A DNA stretch of 64,000 nucleotides, taken from the NCBI GenBank assembly GCA_044892525.1, contig CM097888.1, forward strand, positions 32,302,001 to 32,366,000, given 5' to 3'. Shown piece after piece: positions 44,160-56,723 of the stretch. A program made the position numbers and the translations under genes. The stretch's first letter is position 1, and each line of letters begins with the position of its first letter. The DNA is from Schmidtea polychroa (lineage: Eukaryota). The notes beneath the pieces are model-generated. The model was not told the origin of the DNA and did not search any database. It saw only the letters and a list, made by a program, of their open reading frames with translations.

Positions 44160-45300
44160 ACCAATTGCATCTGAGCAAGACGGGCGAGGTTTAAAATATA
44201 TAGTCACAAATTCAATTATATTCAAACATTTATTAATTAGATTGTTTAAATTTGTATTTACAAATCTGATGTTTAGATATTTGTCATTTTTGTATTTTCT
44301 CGAAAGGTCTTCTATCATCTTCACTACTCTTTCAGTCACAATATTGGAACGGGGAACATCAATAACTGATTCTTCATTTAATCAATGTCTTTTGAAGCTT
44401 TTTATTGCCTTCTGATATCAAAAAGGAGCTTGTCATAAAGTCGATAAAAGGTCTAAGAACTAGGTCCAGAATATGATTTTAACAACCGATATATTGTGAT
44501 CTATTATAGTCTTTTCTTTGAAATTCGGTTTTAACCCGCTGAATAGTTCCAATTTTTTAGGACAGTAATAGCTACAGTTGTGTCACAGACTACCATTTTG
44601 ATGCATTTTCAAGCCTAGAATTGATCTAAAAGATTCCTCAATTGATTGAATATATCCTCTTCAGAAACTCTTCTACAAATAAGTATCCCAAGATTTAAAC
44701 TTCCAAACGGACTTTTTAGCACAAAACTCGGTATTCATTATTTAACATCCGTTTACCATCAAAATATAGACAGAAATAACTTTCATGTTGGAGAAGCCTT
44801 TTATTTCAGAAACTCTTCTTTCGCCCTCTTTAATTTCTTTTCTCTACACTCCACTTTGTGACTGGGTTGATATATGATTATCGCTTTCCCTACCTAAGCT
44901 GTTGCATACTCTTGAAACTTGTCTTGTTGATAAAGCATACCTTGTAACAAGATTTGCAGTAGGCAATATACATTGGTAATTTCTCTTCTTTATCTGTGTA
45001 TCAAGTTCCATTACTGCATCAAGTGACATAATAGAAACATTTTCATCCAAGCATTCATCGGATAATTCGCCAGTACTGCTTAATTGATGTCACAGCCACT
45101 CTACTTCGCTTTGGTGGATGAACTTTTGATACAAATGCCCATTTCGATGTTGTATTTCCGATGCTACCCTTGGATTCAACAATTCTTAAATGCAACTGTT
45201 TGTCTTCTGAACTCAACCTTTACCCTGAAAGCCTTATGATTTTATTCTTTAAATTATGTTTACATACATCGACAACTTGTTTCGCTAACTTGGATAACAT
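44160..45300 (-). pseudogene. Degenerate hATm-like DDE transposase
   Basis: Frame-broken CLYFDGK, MVVCDTT, IGC..HILDLVL, NIVTERVVKMIEDL. Confidence 0.6.
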
Positions 45301-46288
45301 TATAAATTCTAAATCACATATTATAAACGACACAAATATTAACCAATCATGTAATAACCTATTACATATCTGAAAATGACTAATTGACTATCATATTTGA
45401 AATTATAAATAAAGTAAAGGTTATTTCGTGAATATAATTATACTTTAGATGTATATTTTATTTATATATAAATGTTGAGGTCTCGATATTCGAAAACACT
45501 CAACTTGTCTGGTTCTTATATAAATGCAAAATATAAAAACAAGTCTGTATATAAATATTTATTGAATAACAAAAATTTACCCAAAATAATTATTTCCAAA
45601 TCAAATATTCGATCACTTCTTGTTCTTAAATCTTTTCAAAATTACAATTTTCGAACAGTTAAAATGAATTAAATAAATGTGTTTGGTTATTATGTTTTGT
45701 AATGAATACTGTGTTATAAAATTACTGCGTTAAAAAGAAATTATGTGAGACTTTTTGATCTGTCTCGGGGTTTAATTTATTCTCAGGAATGCCCTTTGAA
45801 TATTTACGACTCTGATTTTTGGCGAATTTTTATGATTATTGTTTGGGTATTTATACTATTCCAATATTTAATAAATAAAAATATTTTAATTTCCGGCTTA
45901 TACGCACGAAATAATTTTTATAATATATTTTATTATAATATTTCCATAGCAGATGTTCTTATAACTTATTTTGATTGATTTGTTTTTCCAATAATATTAA
46001 TATTATAATATTTCAATAGCAGATGTTCTTATAACTTGTTTTGATTGATTTATTTTTTTAACTTAATAATTTAATAATTTACCCTTTTATTTTTAATTAA
46101 CTGTTTAAGATAGAATTAATAATTAAATTTTATTACATAAAAATAAAATACCCCGATGAAAGTAATAAAGTCTGAATAAGATAAAACATAAAATATAAAA
46201 TCAATACACTTAAAATATGAAACCAATATTTAATATGAAATTGTCAAATAAAAATTGATATATACACAATTGTCATAGAAACAGTCAA

Positions 46289-47520
46289 TGTTGAGGGATA
46301 ACTGATTGTTTCTTGTGTTGGGCTAGAACTGATTTCTGAACCCAAAGTTAGGAATGGGACGAAATGTGTCAGCACACAACACGCATACCCAGCATTAAGT
46401 TTACTTAAATAAAAATATATAAAACACCAAGTAAACAATGATAATAGAGAGATAATATACCCAAAAATAAAACATCTGAATTAAAAATAAAATAAAACAC
46501 GAGCAAGAAGTATTACACGAAAACTTACTCAAATATAACCGAAAGACATAAAACAACAAAAAACAAATTCGAATAAAGGCGATTAGTAAAAATTAAAAAA
46601 GAAAATTAAAGAAAATCTTCATAAAATCTTACGTAAAGAAAATTATATCGATATTTTGAATAAAAATCCAGAACAATTCATAAAAATGGTGAAATCCATC
46701 ATGACCGCCAAACGACCCAATAAAATTTATAAAAAATAAATATTTTAGTTTAAAAAATAAATATTTTAGAAAAGAAATCATAAAAAAACCATTTAAAAAT
46801 AAGAAATAGATTAAATTTAGCATGGAATGTTCTGGAAATGCTGAAATCCATCATGGAGGCAAATTTAATAAAAAATAATTCGAAAATAAAATTTCAAAAA
46901 TAAAAACAAAAATTCTTACTGAAAAATCGCCATCAAAATCGATAAAAATTAAAAATCGAATGTTCGATAATTAAAATAATCTGAATTTGTTTTACTGCAT
47001 CAATGCACGCATGTATACTTACACGTCAAACAGAGGCTATATAAACTAACATATTTCGTCACTTTTTAAGGAAAAAGATGCAAATGAATATTTTTACTCT
47101 TATGCCAAATTTTTGGTTTTGATTTTTCTGAGATTGTAAGTAAGGACGATTTCATTGTGAATTATAAATTATTATTATTGAAACTTTGTTTTCATTATTT
47201 CTATTTAATTATAGAGGTGTAGATTTGAATGAGATCGTCGGTTATCAATGATTTTGAAGCGAGATCCCAGCCAACCCTGCACCTATGCACTTTATCATTT
47301 ATGAATGCACAGTTCATAACGATTTCGGGTCCTCGACTCTACATGCACTAAAATCATAATCTTAACCAGAGGTCGCCACGAACTATTGGTGTTTAACCAT
47401 GAGTAGGGCGTATAAATCCTTCTTGGTAGTTGGCATAGTCACAGGGACTATGCGGACGAAATAATTATGGGAAACTAATTGTGGGCCTATCGTACCGTAC
47501 TCAGTGTAGTCGGGAAATTA
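46289..47520 (+). mobile_element. LTR-like region (boundaries uncertain)
   Basis: Starts TGTTGAGG like the solo LTR; A-rich tract; CTATATAAA at about 47038; AT-rich intron-like segment; GC-richer structured island at 47230-47520. Confidence 0.4.
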
Positions 47521-48469
47521 GGTAAATTTTAATTAAATTGACCTTTTCGTTAACTTACATATCTAAAATAACACTTAAATTATACTATTTTGCACACAAC
47601 ATTAGGAACTGATAAACGGGGAATATCCCCTGACTCAAATTTCACACAATAGAACATGTTAGTGTAGCTGGTTATTTCTAAACGAATCCCTCTTAAACGA
47701 TAAAGTCGAGGTGAACCTAAGAAACTAATTGACTCAAAATAACAGGGAGATCCCTGCGCAAAAATTTTTAAGGCAATTAAAGACTTAAAAATTCTGAACT
47801 ATTCCCTGTAAGAATACTGCAACCTAAAGTTCATGCGATGAGTAGGACCTAAGATGATATAATCTCAATCGCACTGGTAAGCGAACTAATATCTATAGAT
47901 GCCCACAAAATAACCTATTTTGATGAAAACTAAATTTCTCTATCGTAATGGTCTTGGTATGCGCAAATTCCCGTAGACATATTGACAAAGTCTCTTTATC
48001 TATAAACTACTAATATTATATCTATAACTTATAAGTTCGGGCAACATCTTCACATTATTCTACACTAAGTTGAATAGCTATAAAAAGTAAATTGTCGACA
48101 CAAATGTTATGTAATTACAATATACAGATTCATAACAAAGACAATTTTCCACTAAAAGTGCTTTTCATTCGACTCAAAAGTTGTTGAAATGATATTTTGC
48201 AGGCATAAATTTCTCTAGATATGATATAGGGATCCACAAAATAGATCTACGTTAAAACTGTCCTCCATCATAACCAAAACAAGGCTACATGGATAACTTG
48301 CAAGCATAAATATTATTTCAACATAAAGCATAAATCAAAACCAAGGAAAATATAGACTTTCAAGTACAACTGTCCCACCCCTAAGAGGTGTAGCAATAAG
48401 AAAAACCTTAGGATTATTAATATAAGTTATATATATACTAGTTTCTCTTAAGTATGTATTTTAATTTTC

Positions 48470-50047
48470 TAAGAAAATTTTTATTTTTTTTCCCTCAAAT
48501 TGTATAATAGTCAAAATCAATGTTAAAAATATTAATCTAAAATACATACATGTATAATAAACTCATAAAACTATAATTTATAAAATTTTCCCTAAATACC
48601 CAATCAGGCTGTATAATAGCCAAAACACATGTTCAAAGAAATATTCCAAACTATAATTGCACATTTTGAACTTATAAAGTATAATTTGTTCTCTTTCATT
48701 AGTACCCCCCCCCCCTAAGTTATATCATAATCAAAAGGGGCTAATGTTAATAATATAAAGCATATATAAGCATATTAGAACTTATAAAAGTATGATTTAC
48801 CTTTTTTCACAGATGCCTCCCTCAAGTAGTATGGTAGCTCAAATTTATGTCAAGAGTGCTGATTTAACTTACTTATAAATTGAAAATAAATCCATAAAAT
48901 TATAAATTATTAAACTTTCCCTAACTACCCCCTAAGTTACCGAATAGTCGAAAACAATATAAATTAACATATATATGTACAGATACCAAATTTATAAAAC
49001 TATAATTTATAATTTTTCCATAAATAACTTTCTCTTAAATCATATAACCATTAAACACTCCCTTAAAGCATTAACTTAGACTATTTTATATATATACTTA
49101 ACTTATATTACTTTTAAAATCATAGTTGAAAATTTTTCATTAAAGACCCCCCCCCATAAACCATATAGTCATCAACTACCACCTAAATATACTAAATTAG
49201 CTTATCTTAATATACATTTAACTTACATTATATTTTAAAATATAAATTGTGAATTTTCATAAAGTACCCCCCTCAAACTATACATTTGGCGAGAACAATA
49301 TATATAGTAATAAATTAACTTATATATGTACAGTTATCAAACTTAATAATTCCTCAGGTCCCCTAACCATTAATTATTGTCTAAATATATTAATACATTA
49401 CCTTTACGATATAAATTTGGAAAATTTTGATAAATGACCCCCTTAATTCATATAACCATCAACCACTACTTGATACACTCATTTGGACTATTTTATATAT
49501 ATACTTAACTTATATTACTTTTAAAATCATAGTTGAAAATTTTTCATTAAAGACCCCCCATGAACCATATAGTCATCAACTACCACCTAAATATACTAAA
49601 TTAGCTTATTTTAATACATATTTAACTTATATTATATTTAAAAATGTAAATTGTAAATTTTTATGAATGACCCCCCTACAAACCATATAGTCATCAACTA
49701 CCACCTAAATATACTAAATTAGCTTATCTTAATATATATTTAACTTATATTATATTTAAAACTATAAATTGTACATTTTCATAAATGACCCCCCTCAGAC
49801 CATATAGTCATTAAGGATTACCCAAAAGTACTAATTTAATTTGTTTTCAGATATGTTCAACTTATATTACCTTTAAAAATATAAATTGTACTTTTATTTA
49901 ACCGACCCCCCTCAAATCATGTAGCCATTAACTATTACGTAGGTATACTGAATTATATCCTATTCATAGACAGTTAAATTATATTTCATTTAAAAATATA
50001 AATTCATAAATTTTCGTAAATGACCCCTCCCCCCATATGTGGTAATC
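48470..50047. repeat. Degenerate tandem array, about 115-120-bp unit, running into an N-gap
   Basis: Periodic ATAAATTGT...ACCCCCC.CA.ACCATATAGTCAT units; poly-C tracts at about 49147, 49267, 49437, 49555, 49670, 49790, 49905, 50025. Confidence 0.8.
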
Positions 50048-50048
50048 T

Positions 50049-50243
50049 NNNNNNNNNNNNNNNNNNNNNNNNNNNNNNNNNNNNNNNNNNNNNNNNNNNN
50101 NNNNNNNNNNNNNNNNNNNNNNNNNNNNNNNNNNNNNNNNNNNNNNNNNNNNNNNNNNNNNNNNNNNNNNNNNNNNNNNNNNNNNNNNNNNNNNNNNNNN
50201 NNNNNNNNNNNNNNNNNNNNNNNNNNNNNNNNNNNNNNNNNNN
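50049..50243. other. Assembly gap (N run)
   Basis: Run of N. Confidence 1.
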
Positions 50244-50262
50244 CCAGTAACATTATCACTCT

Positions 50263-50659
50263 CAGTGCTCGAAGTGGAACAAAATATGTGCCGGGATAGG
50301 CATGCTGTGGCAACCGGGATTCCAGGCTTTTATGCAGAAATTTTCAGTTGGGGGTGTTGCAAAACTTTGGGGGGTGTCCACCCATTTAATCATAAGTTTC
50401 AGAATATACCTACCTATCCATTACTGCTGCTTGGGAAATTCTTAATTGAATAGAGAATAGAGAATAAAGAATATATATATACATACATATATGGATGTAC
50501 TATGTGTGACCTTAATTGCAGTATTTGTGTGCCTATAAAATGAAATAAGTACCGGGATAAACCTATAGATTATATGAAATGAAGTGCCGGGATGCTATTC
50601 CGCCTACATAATCAATGCCGGGATAATATCCCGGCTATCCCGCCTCACTTCGAGCACTG
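50263..50659. mobile_element. 397-bp hAT-type MITE
   Basis: TIR CAGTGCTCGAAGTG / CACTTCGAGCACTG; 8-bp TSD ATCACTCT; subterminal CCGGGAT repeats. Confidence 0.92.
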
Positions 50660-50896
50660 ATCACTCTCATTATTATTATTACTATTATCATTATTATTAT
50701 TATTATTATATTATTAAAATAATTATCTTTATTTCATGAAAATAAAATTATAAACCAAATTTTTGATATTGGGATTCCCCTATCTCTAAATTTAGCTTCA
50801 ATGGCCCTATCTTCCAATAAAATTACGGGAAATCACTAAAATCTATTTTTAGTAACACCCCCCCGGAAAACGACATCAATATTATTAATTTAAATT

Positions 50897-51077
50897 NNNN
50901 NNNNNNNNNNNNNNNNNNNNNNNNNNNNNNNNNNNNNNNNNNNNNNNNNNNNNNNNNNNNNNNNNNNNNNNNNNNNNNNNNNNNNNNNNNNNNNNNNNNN
51001 NNNNNNNNNNNNNNNNNNNNNNNNNNNNNNNNNNNNNNNNNNNNNNNNNNNNNNNNNNNNNNNNNNNNNNNNNNNNN
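50897..51077. other. Assembly gap (N run)
   Basis: Run of N. Confidence 1.
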
Positions 51078-51221
51078 TATGTATATATAGATTTATAAAA
51101 TAACCTTATAAAAATATGACCACCTTTCCCCAAAAGACCCCAAGTTGTATAATAACAAGAATTAAGGTTAATTCTAGTCGTCCTATAATCCTAAAAAAAA
51201 TTTTTATGATTTTGCATGTAT

Positions 51222-51341
51222 TATTATTCTCATTATTACCCTTAGTGTTATTATTATTACTACGATTATTATTATCATCATTATTATTATTATTACTATT
51301 ATTATTATTACTGCTATCAATGTTATTATTATTATTATTAT
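51222..51341. repeat. Imperfect (ATT)n microsatellite
   Basis: Trinucleotide tract with interruptions. Confidence 0.9.
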
Positions 51342-52851
51342 ACATAGAATAAGAAAGCATAAGAATGAATGAATAAAAAGAAAAAATAACTAAACAAAAT
51401 AGGAACTTTTATTGTGCAAATTGCTCGTTTTGAGAGCCGATAGAATTCCAATAATGAATGGAAATTCACCTTTTCCTGAAAAGTTTACTAAGTAATTTAT
51501 ACCCGTGTGCTCCGACTAGTATTTCTATTTTGGGTTTAAAATCGATTTCAGTTGTAAACTTTCCGTTCGAATATTTAAAAATAAGCCTCTCCACAATCTA
51601 CTAAAATAGCCACAGCGAGTGACCAGAACCTAAAAAAGGGAACAATTCCTGCTAACTTGTACCTGAAAAATTAGTGAAAATAAATATAACTATATAAATT
51701 ACCAAACTGAACGAGTATAAATTTGGATTATGCCGCTGCTGACTGCCGCAACTGAGGAAGAAGCAAGCATTTCGAAAACAAAGTTCGATGTTAGTGCTTC
51801 TTTCTCAGCGAGGTCGCATACAGTGGCAATTTCATACATAATTACTTAAAAATTTAATTCCTAAATAAATATAAAAATTTAAATTCACCGCTTTGAGGTG
51901 ATAAGTAAATGACTATCACGTCATCATTTAAAACAAATATTTAATAATATAACTTAATTTATTAATTTAAGTTAAAGATTTATTACTTTAATTTATTATA
52001 AAATTTTAATTTTTCACTAACTTAATTTATTAATTTGGGTTAAAGATTTATTACTTTAATTTATTATAAAATTTTAATTTTTCCGATGGAATATTAGTTT
52101 TAGGCTAAATTAATATAAGATTAAAATTTAGACTAGTTGCAAATTTTCGTGGAATGGTGTGATAAGGCGGTCTAGGTAGCTTGTCGGGATAGGTTGACAG
52201 AGTGGACCAGACGCGATGAGCATTTAAACCATAATTAAGTAGGGCAATGGACAACTTTAGGTAACGAATCTCATTTAGATGTCAGACGCAAGGAGATCCA
52301 ACAAAGACGGAAAGTTGGCCCATCTTCAGGGAAGGTAGGACAGATTGACCCATGAATAATGATGATTTATACGAATGGTGGGGTGAGCTGACACTGTGGA
52401 AGAATACAAGACATGTTAACAGGTTATCGGGAGCACTATCCGACGACAGGGACCATGTAAAGCGGACATAAACCTTCTAACGGTAGTCAGTGAACCCCAG
52501 TGGGTGCTAGACAATTATAGTATGTTAAACGTGCTCACTTTTTGCTAGTACCCAAACCCTTGATACAGTACCAACGTTGATTGCTCAACGGGTATCAAGT
52601 GGTCAGCTATAAATTGTATTCTGGGTTACGCTGGAAACAGCACTAAAGAGCAAAATATTTGATCATCAGTAACCCACCACTTGATTGTTTCTTGATGGAC
52701 TGTTTCTGATCGAATATTGACTGTATTTTTTCATCATTATTTATTTATTGCCTTTCTTCGGCACTTATGTTGATTCTATAACTCTTAGGCCCTGTTCTGT
52801 AATACTTATTGAGGGTGAATGTGGTGATGGGCCTACCCTCATCATCCAACA
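51342..52851 (+). mobile_element. Non-coding element ending in CCAACA and carrying RNA motif copy D
   Basis: (ATT)n, A-rich segment, TATA-like CTATATAAA at about 51690, AT-rich spacer, GC-richer structured island 52140-52680, terminal hairpin, ATCCAACA. Confidence 0.45.
52464..52676 (+). ncRNA. Structured RNA motif, copy D
   Basis: TTGATAC 52560-66, AGTACCAA, CGTTGA(TTGC)TCAACG, G, GTATCAA 52592-98; TGGGTTAC-GCTG(GAAA)CAGC...GTAACCCA 52622-76. Confidence 0.65.
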
Positions 52852-53762
52852 TAAATATAAATTAGAGAATATGTATTATAAAAAATATAAATATTAATGC
52901 TACATATATGTCCTGATCTGCACATTAGAAACAAGTGAGTGCGCGACCTTTTTTATAATTGTTTAATTAAAAACCTCAAAAATGGATGATTTATACAAAT
53001 TTTCATCTACTGAAAGCACAGAGAAAATATTTTGAAAAAAGGGCTCAAAATCATAACCATAAACATTCGATCAAGCCAACTTCTCCGAACGTCAACTTTT
53101 TGTTCTTTTTCTCAAATTGTATACACGTCAGAATATAAGATTCTTTAGTAGATTCTTTAGAGTAAAGTGGATTGAATGGAGAGAAGATCTCAGAGAAAAT
53201 GAACCGGTTAAATATATTCTTTCAGTCACCTGCAAATCGAAAGGTTATTAGGGGAATGACAGTTCCACTCGCGGAGTGCACCCTTTGTCGATAACCACAC
53301 ACTTATCACCGTACAACGTTGCGTAGCATGTAGATTGAGTGGATAAATAATTAGTCACCCTATTAACCCAGTCAAATTAACATTTCTTTATTAATATATT
53401 TTTTCAGTATATCAGTTGATGTTTGTTCATATGACTTTTTATTTTCTTATTATGCCTTTCAATTGCTGTGTTATTGTTGCTTTTACACTAAAATGCTGAT
53501 TGTCTACTTCTCTCCCAATAAGTATAGTTTTCAGACTAATTCTTTAATACCTTTGTTTATTGCAATTTTTCTTAAAAGAGTCATAATATAGGTTTATTTT
53601 ATTCTATTATTTATTATTTGAATTTAAATTTAAATTTCTTTTAAATGACTTTTTAATAAATTATTAATCTTAACATTATATAAAATTTCAAACACCTGAG
53701 TTTTAATAATTTCATTCGTAGCAAATTTTTAAACTTATAATAAACAATTATTCTAATAATTC

Positions 53763-55235
53763 ATGAGCGTGTATGATGAAGTAAATTCCATCATAAATAA
53801 ACCTCAAATATTTGAAAATAATCAATTTAATCAATTTATTAAAGAAAATGAAAATTTTGTCCCTAAATATATATGGGAACAGTATTATAATCAATTCAAA
53901 TGGATGTTTTATGAAAATGGTATTCTACAATGTCGATTTTGTCAAGATGCTTACAAGCGTTTTCCTTCACAAGTTGAGTCTGACGAATGGACTGAAGTAA
54001 ATGAATATAGTTATAGAATTTTTAATAAAGATGATATAATATTAATATTGAAAATTCATGACTTTTCTGAAAATCACATATGTTCAATGAATTTATTAAA
54101 TGGTGAAAATGATAGCATACAAAATTGCGATGTAATAGAATCAGATAGAAGTGGTGATATTTGCAACACTGAGTCAAATAACAACATACATGATTCATTA
54201 TCTGACGAACAGTTACCATTACCTATTATATGCTCTTCTAAATCATCATCGCGTTGGTCTCATTATATGAACTATTATCCATGGTTGTATCTTAAGCATA
54301 ATAACCCTGGTTGCCGATATTGTGAAGAAGCTTTCAAAATATCTACTGAAATGAGCGCTACGAAATGGACAGATCCAACCCCGACATTTGAAATAAATTG
54401 TAGTGATAGGCCAAACCGAGCTTTAAGGAGGCATCAACTTTCAAAAAATCATCGAAGAGCAATTGATATTTTAAATGAAAACTCAGTAAATAATGAAGTT
54501 GATGATGATTTTCCAAGAGGTTTCAGAAGAGAACGATGGGAGTTTATCAAGAAAAAATATTCCTGGCTATATTATAAAATAAGTAATTATCACTGTATGT
54601 ATTGTGAGCAAGCTTACGAGAATCCACAAATTCTTAATACTTTTGAAAATGAATCAAATAAATATTCCGAATCAGCGAAAATACGGCATTTTAATCACCA
54701 TCAAAATTCCAACGTTCACAAAATTGCTGAAGACAGATATAATTCCAATGGATCAATGACACTGGAAATGTTGAATGATGAATTAGACAATTCTACATTC
54801 AATGAAGAAAGCAATTATCGACCCATTAGTCAAGAAATAAATTGTGAATTGTGGCGAAAGTTAATGGATAAATATCCCTGGTTTATGGGTGAAAACGGCA
54901 AATATTACGGCTGCAAAGTTTGCAAAAATTCGTCGAAACTTTCTACCAATTTCAGCAATCTAAATTTATGGACCCAAGGAATGATCCCGTTCACGATTAT
55001 TACGACATATGAGCATTTACGGAAAAAATTGTACAGTCACAACTTAAACAAAACTCATTTATTAGGCGTCACCACAGACAATTCTTTAATTGTTGACAAT
55101 TTTAATTTTGATGAAATTCAATTCGACAATTTGACCAATGAGAATTCAGCATTTTCCGATCGAGTTTCTTTTAATCGGTTTTTAACGGAAAATATTATTA
55201 ACACGAATGACAGCAATATTTATGACCTAATTTGA
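53763..55235 (+). CDS. Protein with four tandem TTF-type (ZNF862/KIAA1586-like) zinc fingers and no transposase catalytic core
   Basis: Four repeats of W..(Y).....WL......C..C......(W)......H..S..H: KWMF..CRFC..HDFSENH; PWLY..CRYC..HQLSKNH; SWLY..CMYC..HQNSNVH; PWFM..CKVC..HNLNKTH. Confidence 0.75.
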   Translation: MSVYDEVNSIINKPQIFENNQFNQFIKENENFVPKYIWEQYYNQFKWMFYENGILQCRFCQDAYKRFPSQVESDEWTEVNEYSYRIFNKDDIILILKIHDFSENHICSMNLLNGENDSIQNCDVIESDRSGDICNTESNNNIHDSLSDEQLPLPIICSSKSSSRWSHYMNYYPWLYLKHNNPGCRYCEEAFKISTEMSATKWTDPTPTFEINCSDRPNRALRRHQLSKNHRRAIDILNENSVNNEVDDDFPRGFRRERWEFIKKKYSWLYYKISNYHCMYCEQAYENPQILNTFENESNKYSESAKIRHFNHHQNSNVHKIAEDRYNSNGSMTLEMLNDELDNSTFNEESNYRPISQEINCELWRKLMDKYPWFMGENGKYYGCKVCKNSSKLSTNFSNLNLWTQGMIPFTIITTYEHLRKKLYSHNLNKTHLLGVTTDNSLIVDNFNFDEIQFDNLTNENSAFSDRVSFNRFLTENIINTNDSNIYDLI

Positions 55236-56199
55236 TCTCGCTTTTAATTCAATCTTTTAATTTATTAATTTAAAAGAAACACTGAATGTGCAATACGCTT
55301 TCGATGATGTCGTGTAAATTTTATGTGTAACTTAGGGAATTTTATAAGTGTTAATAATAATTGAATTATTTTGTGATAAAATCACCTGTTGACAATTTGA
55401 CGATTTGTAAGAATTTTCCAAATACATTTTATAAAGTCCTTTAATTTTTTCATTATTGATCTGTTGTGTCAGGAGTTGATCCAATTATCGGTGATTATGC
55501 ACTTCATTGTTTAATTTTTTAAGATAAATTCGGACAGTAGGTCGTAATGTTGGTAGATGGTTTCTCCTGTAGATACAGGATTTTGTTCCTTTACATATTG
55601 AGTGTCCGGCAGGTGGGGTTTTTGTGACTATTTTAAACGGTATACCACGTTTAATGCAGAGAGCAGTGTTTCTTGTATTTAAAATAACAGTAATTATATT
55701 GTTGACTCCGTCGAGTCTTAAGGATAGATTCAGGCCTGGATCTACACTTAGGCTGAAGTCTATGGCCCGAGTATAACAGTTGGGCTTATCGTAGTGTATC
55801 CAATGTGACCACGAAAGTAAGAAAATTTTAATTAATCCGACTATTTTGTAATAGAAAACTCTAAACTGACATTCAAAATCATAACATTAAATTTTTTATT
55901 GTGAATTTGGTGTTTTTATATATTTATATAAATAACTCATTCAAAAGGTCTTGCAGTGGGCTTATAAATGAGCCATCGATCAAAAACTTCCGTTGGCGGG
56001 AACACTGAAAATTTAAATTTTAAAAATATGACCTTGAAATATGGTCTGAGAAAAATGCTAATATCTTTAACAATAATAATGATATCCATAGCTCATTCGA
56101 AAGGTCTTGCACTGGGGTAAAAATGTGCAGATCAAATAATAGGTCACCGCTAGACCACTTAATAATATTTAAAAAAAATAATAATATGAACTTGAATGA

Positions 56200-56420
56200 G
56201 TCACACAACCTTGAGAAATATTTTGAATGAGTCATGCAACCTTGAGAATGACCTTGAATGAGCCACGCGACCTTGAGAATGACCTTGAATGAGCCATACG
56301 ACCTTGAGAATGACCTTGAATGAGACATGGTCTTTGTTGAAATCATTTTGAAAAAAAAGCTCTTGGTGAGTCATTGTATGAGTCATCGTATTTGCTTAAA
56401 ATTCGACCTTGAAAAAATTT
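56200..56420. repeat. GACCTTGA-rich tandem array (about 31-bp unit)
   Basis: GACCTTGAATGAGCCACGCGACCTTGAGAAT-type units x4, plus scattered GACCTTGAA copies at 56030 and 56406. Confidence 0.8.
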
Positions 56421-56548
56421 TGATAAAAGTTTTTCATATGGACACCATCTGGGGGATGATACTTTTATAGATACAGATGATCCTCTGATGTCTCCAGATG
56501 CTAATGATTTCGAAGATTCTGAAGATCAAGAAACGCTAACATTGGATC

Positions 56549-56723
56549 NNNNNNNNNNNNNNNNNNNNNNNNNNNNNNNNNNNNNNNNNNNNNNNNNNNN
56601 NNNNNNNNNNNNNNNNNNNNNNNNNNNNNNNNNNNNNNNNNNNNNNNNNNNNNNNNNNNNNNNNNNNNNNNNNNNNNNNNNNNNNNNNNNNNNNNNNNNN
56701 NNNNNNNNNNNNNNNNNNNNNNN
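56549..56723. other. Assembly gap (N run)
   Basis: Run of N. Confidence 1.

Noticed and set aside
47420-47460. GCATAGTC/GACTATGC hairpin next to TACCAA (minus strand)
   Set aside because: The arrangement differs from the bulged-stem motif, so homology is not supportable by eye.
49990-51352. ORFs crossing N-gaps or (ATT)n tracts (also 12005-12283 and 56488-56742)
   Set aside because: Artefacts of unknown bases or microsatellites.
52630-52641. GCTGGAAACAGC matches part of the engineered Cas9 sgRNA scaffold
   Set aside because: Only a generic 4-bp stem with a GAAA loop; the rest of the scaffold is absent and copy C covaries away from it.
52622-52676. Hammerhead ribozyme (CTGATGA on the minus strand at 52663-69)
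   Set aside because: No GAAA core follows stem II on that strand, and CTGATGA is not conserved in copies B or C.
55530-55830. Possible fifth copy of the TACCAA motif (AATGTTGGTA at 55546)
   Set aside because: The word is present but I could not form the flanking stems; at most a decayed relative.
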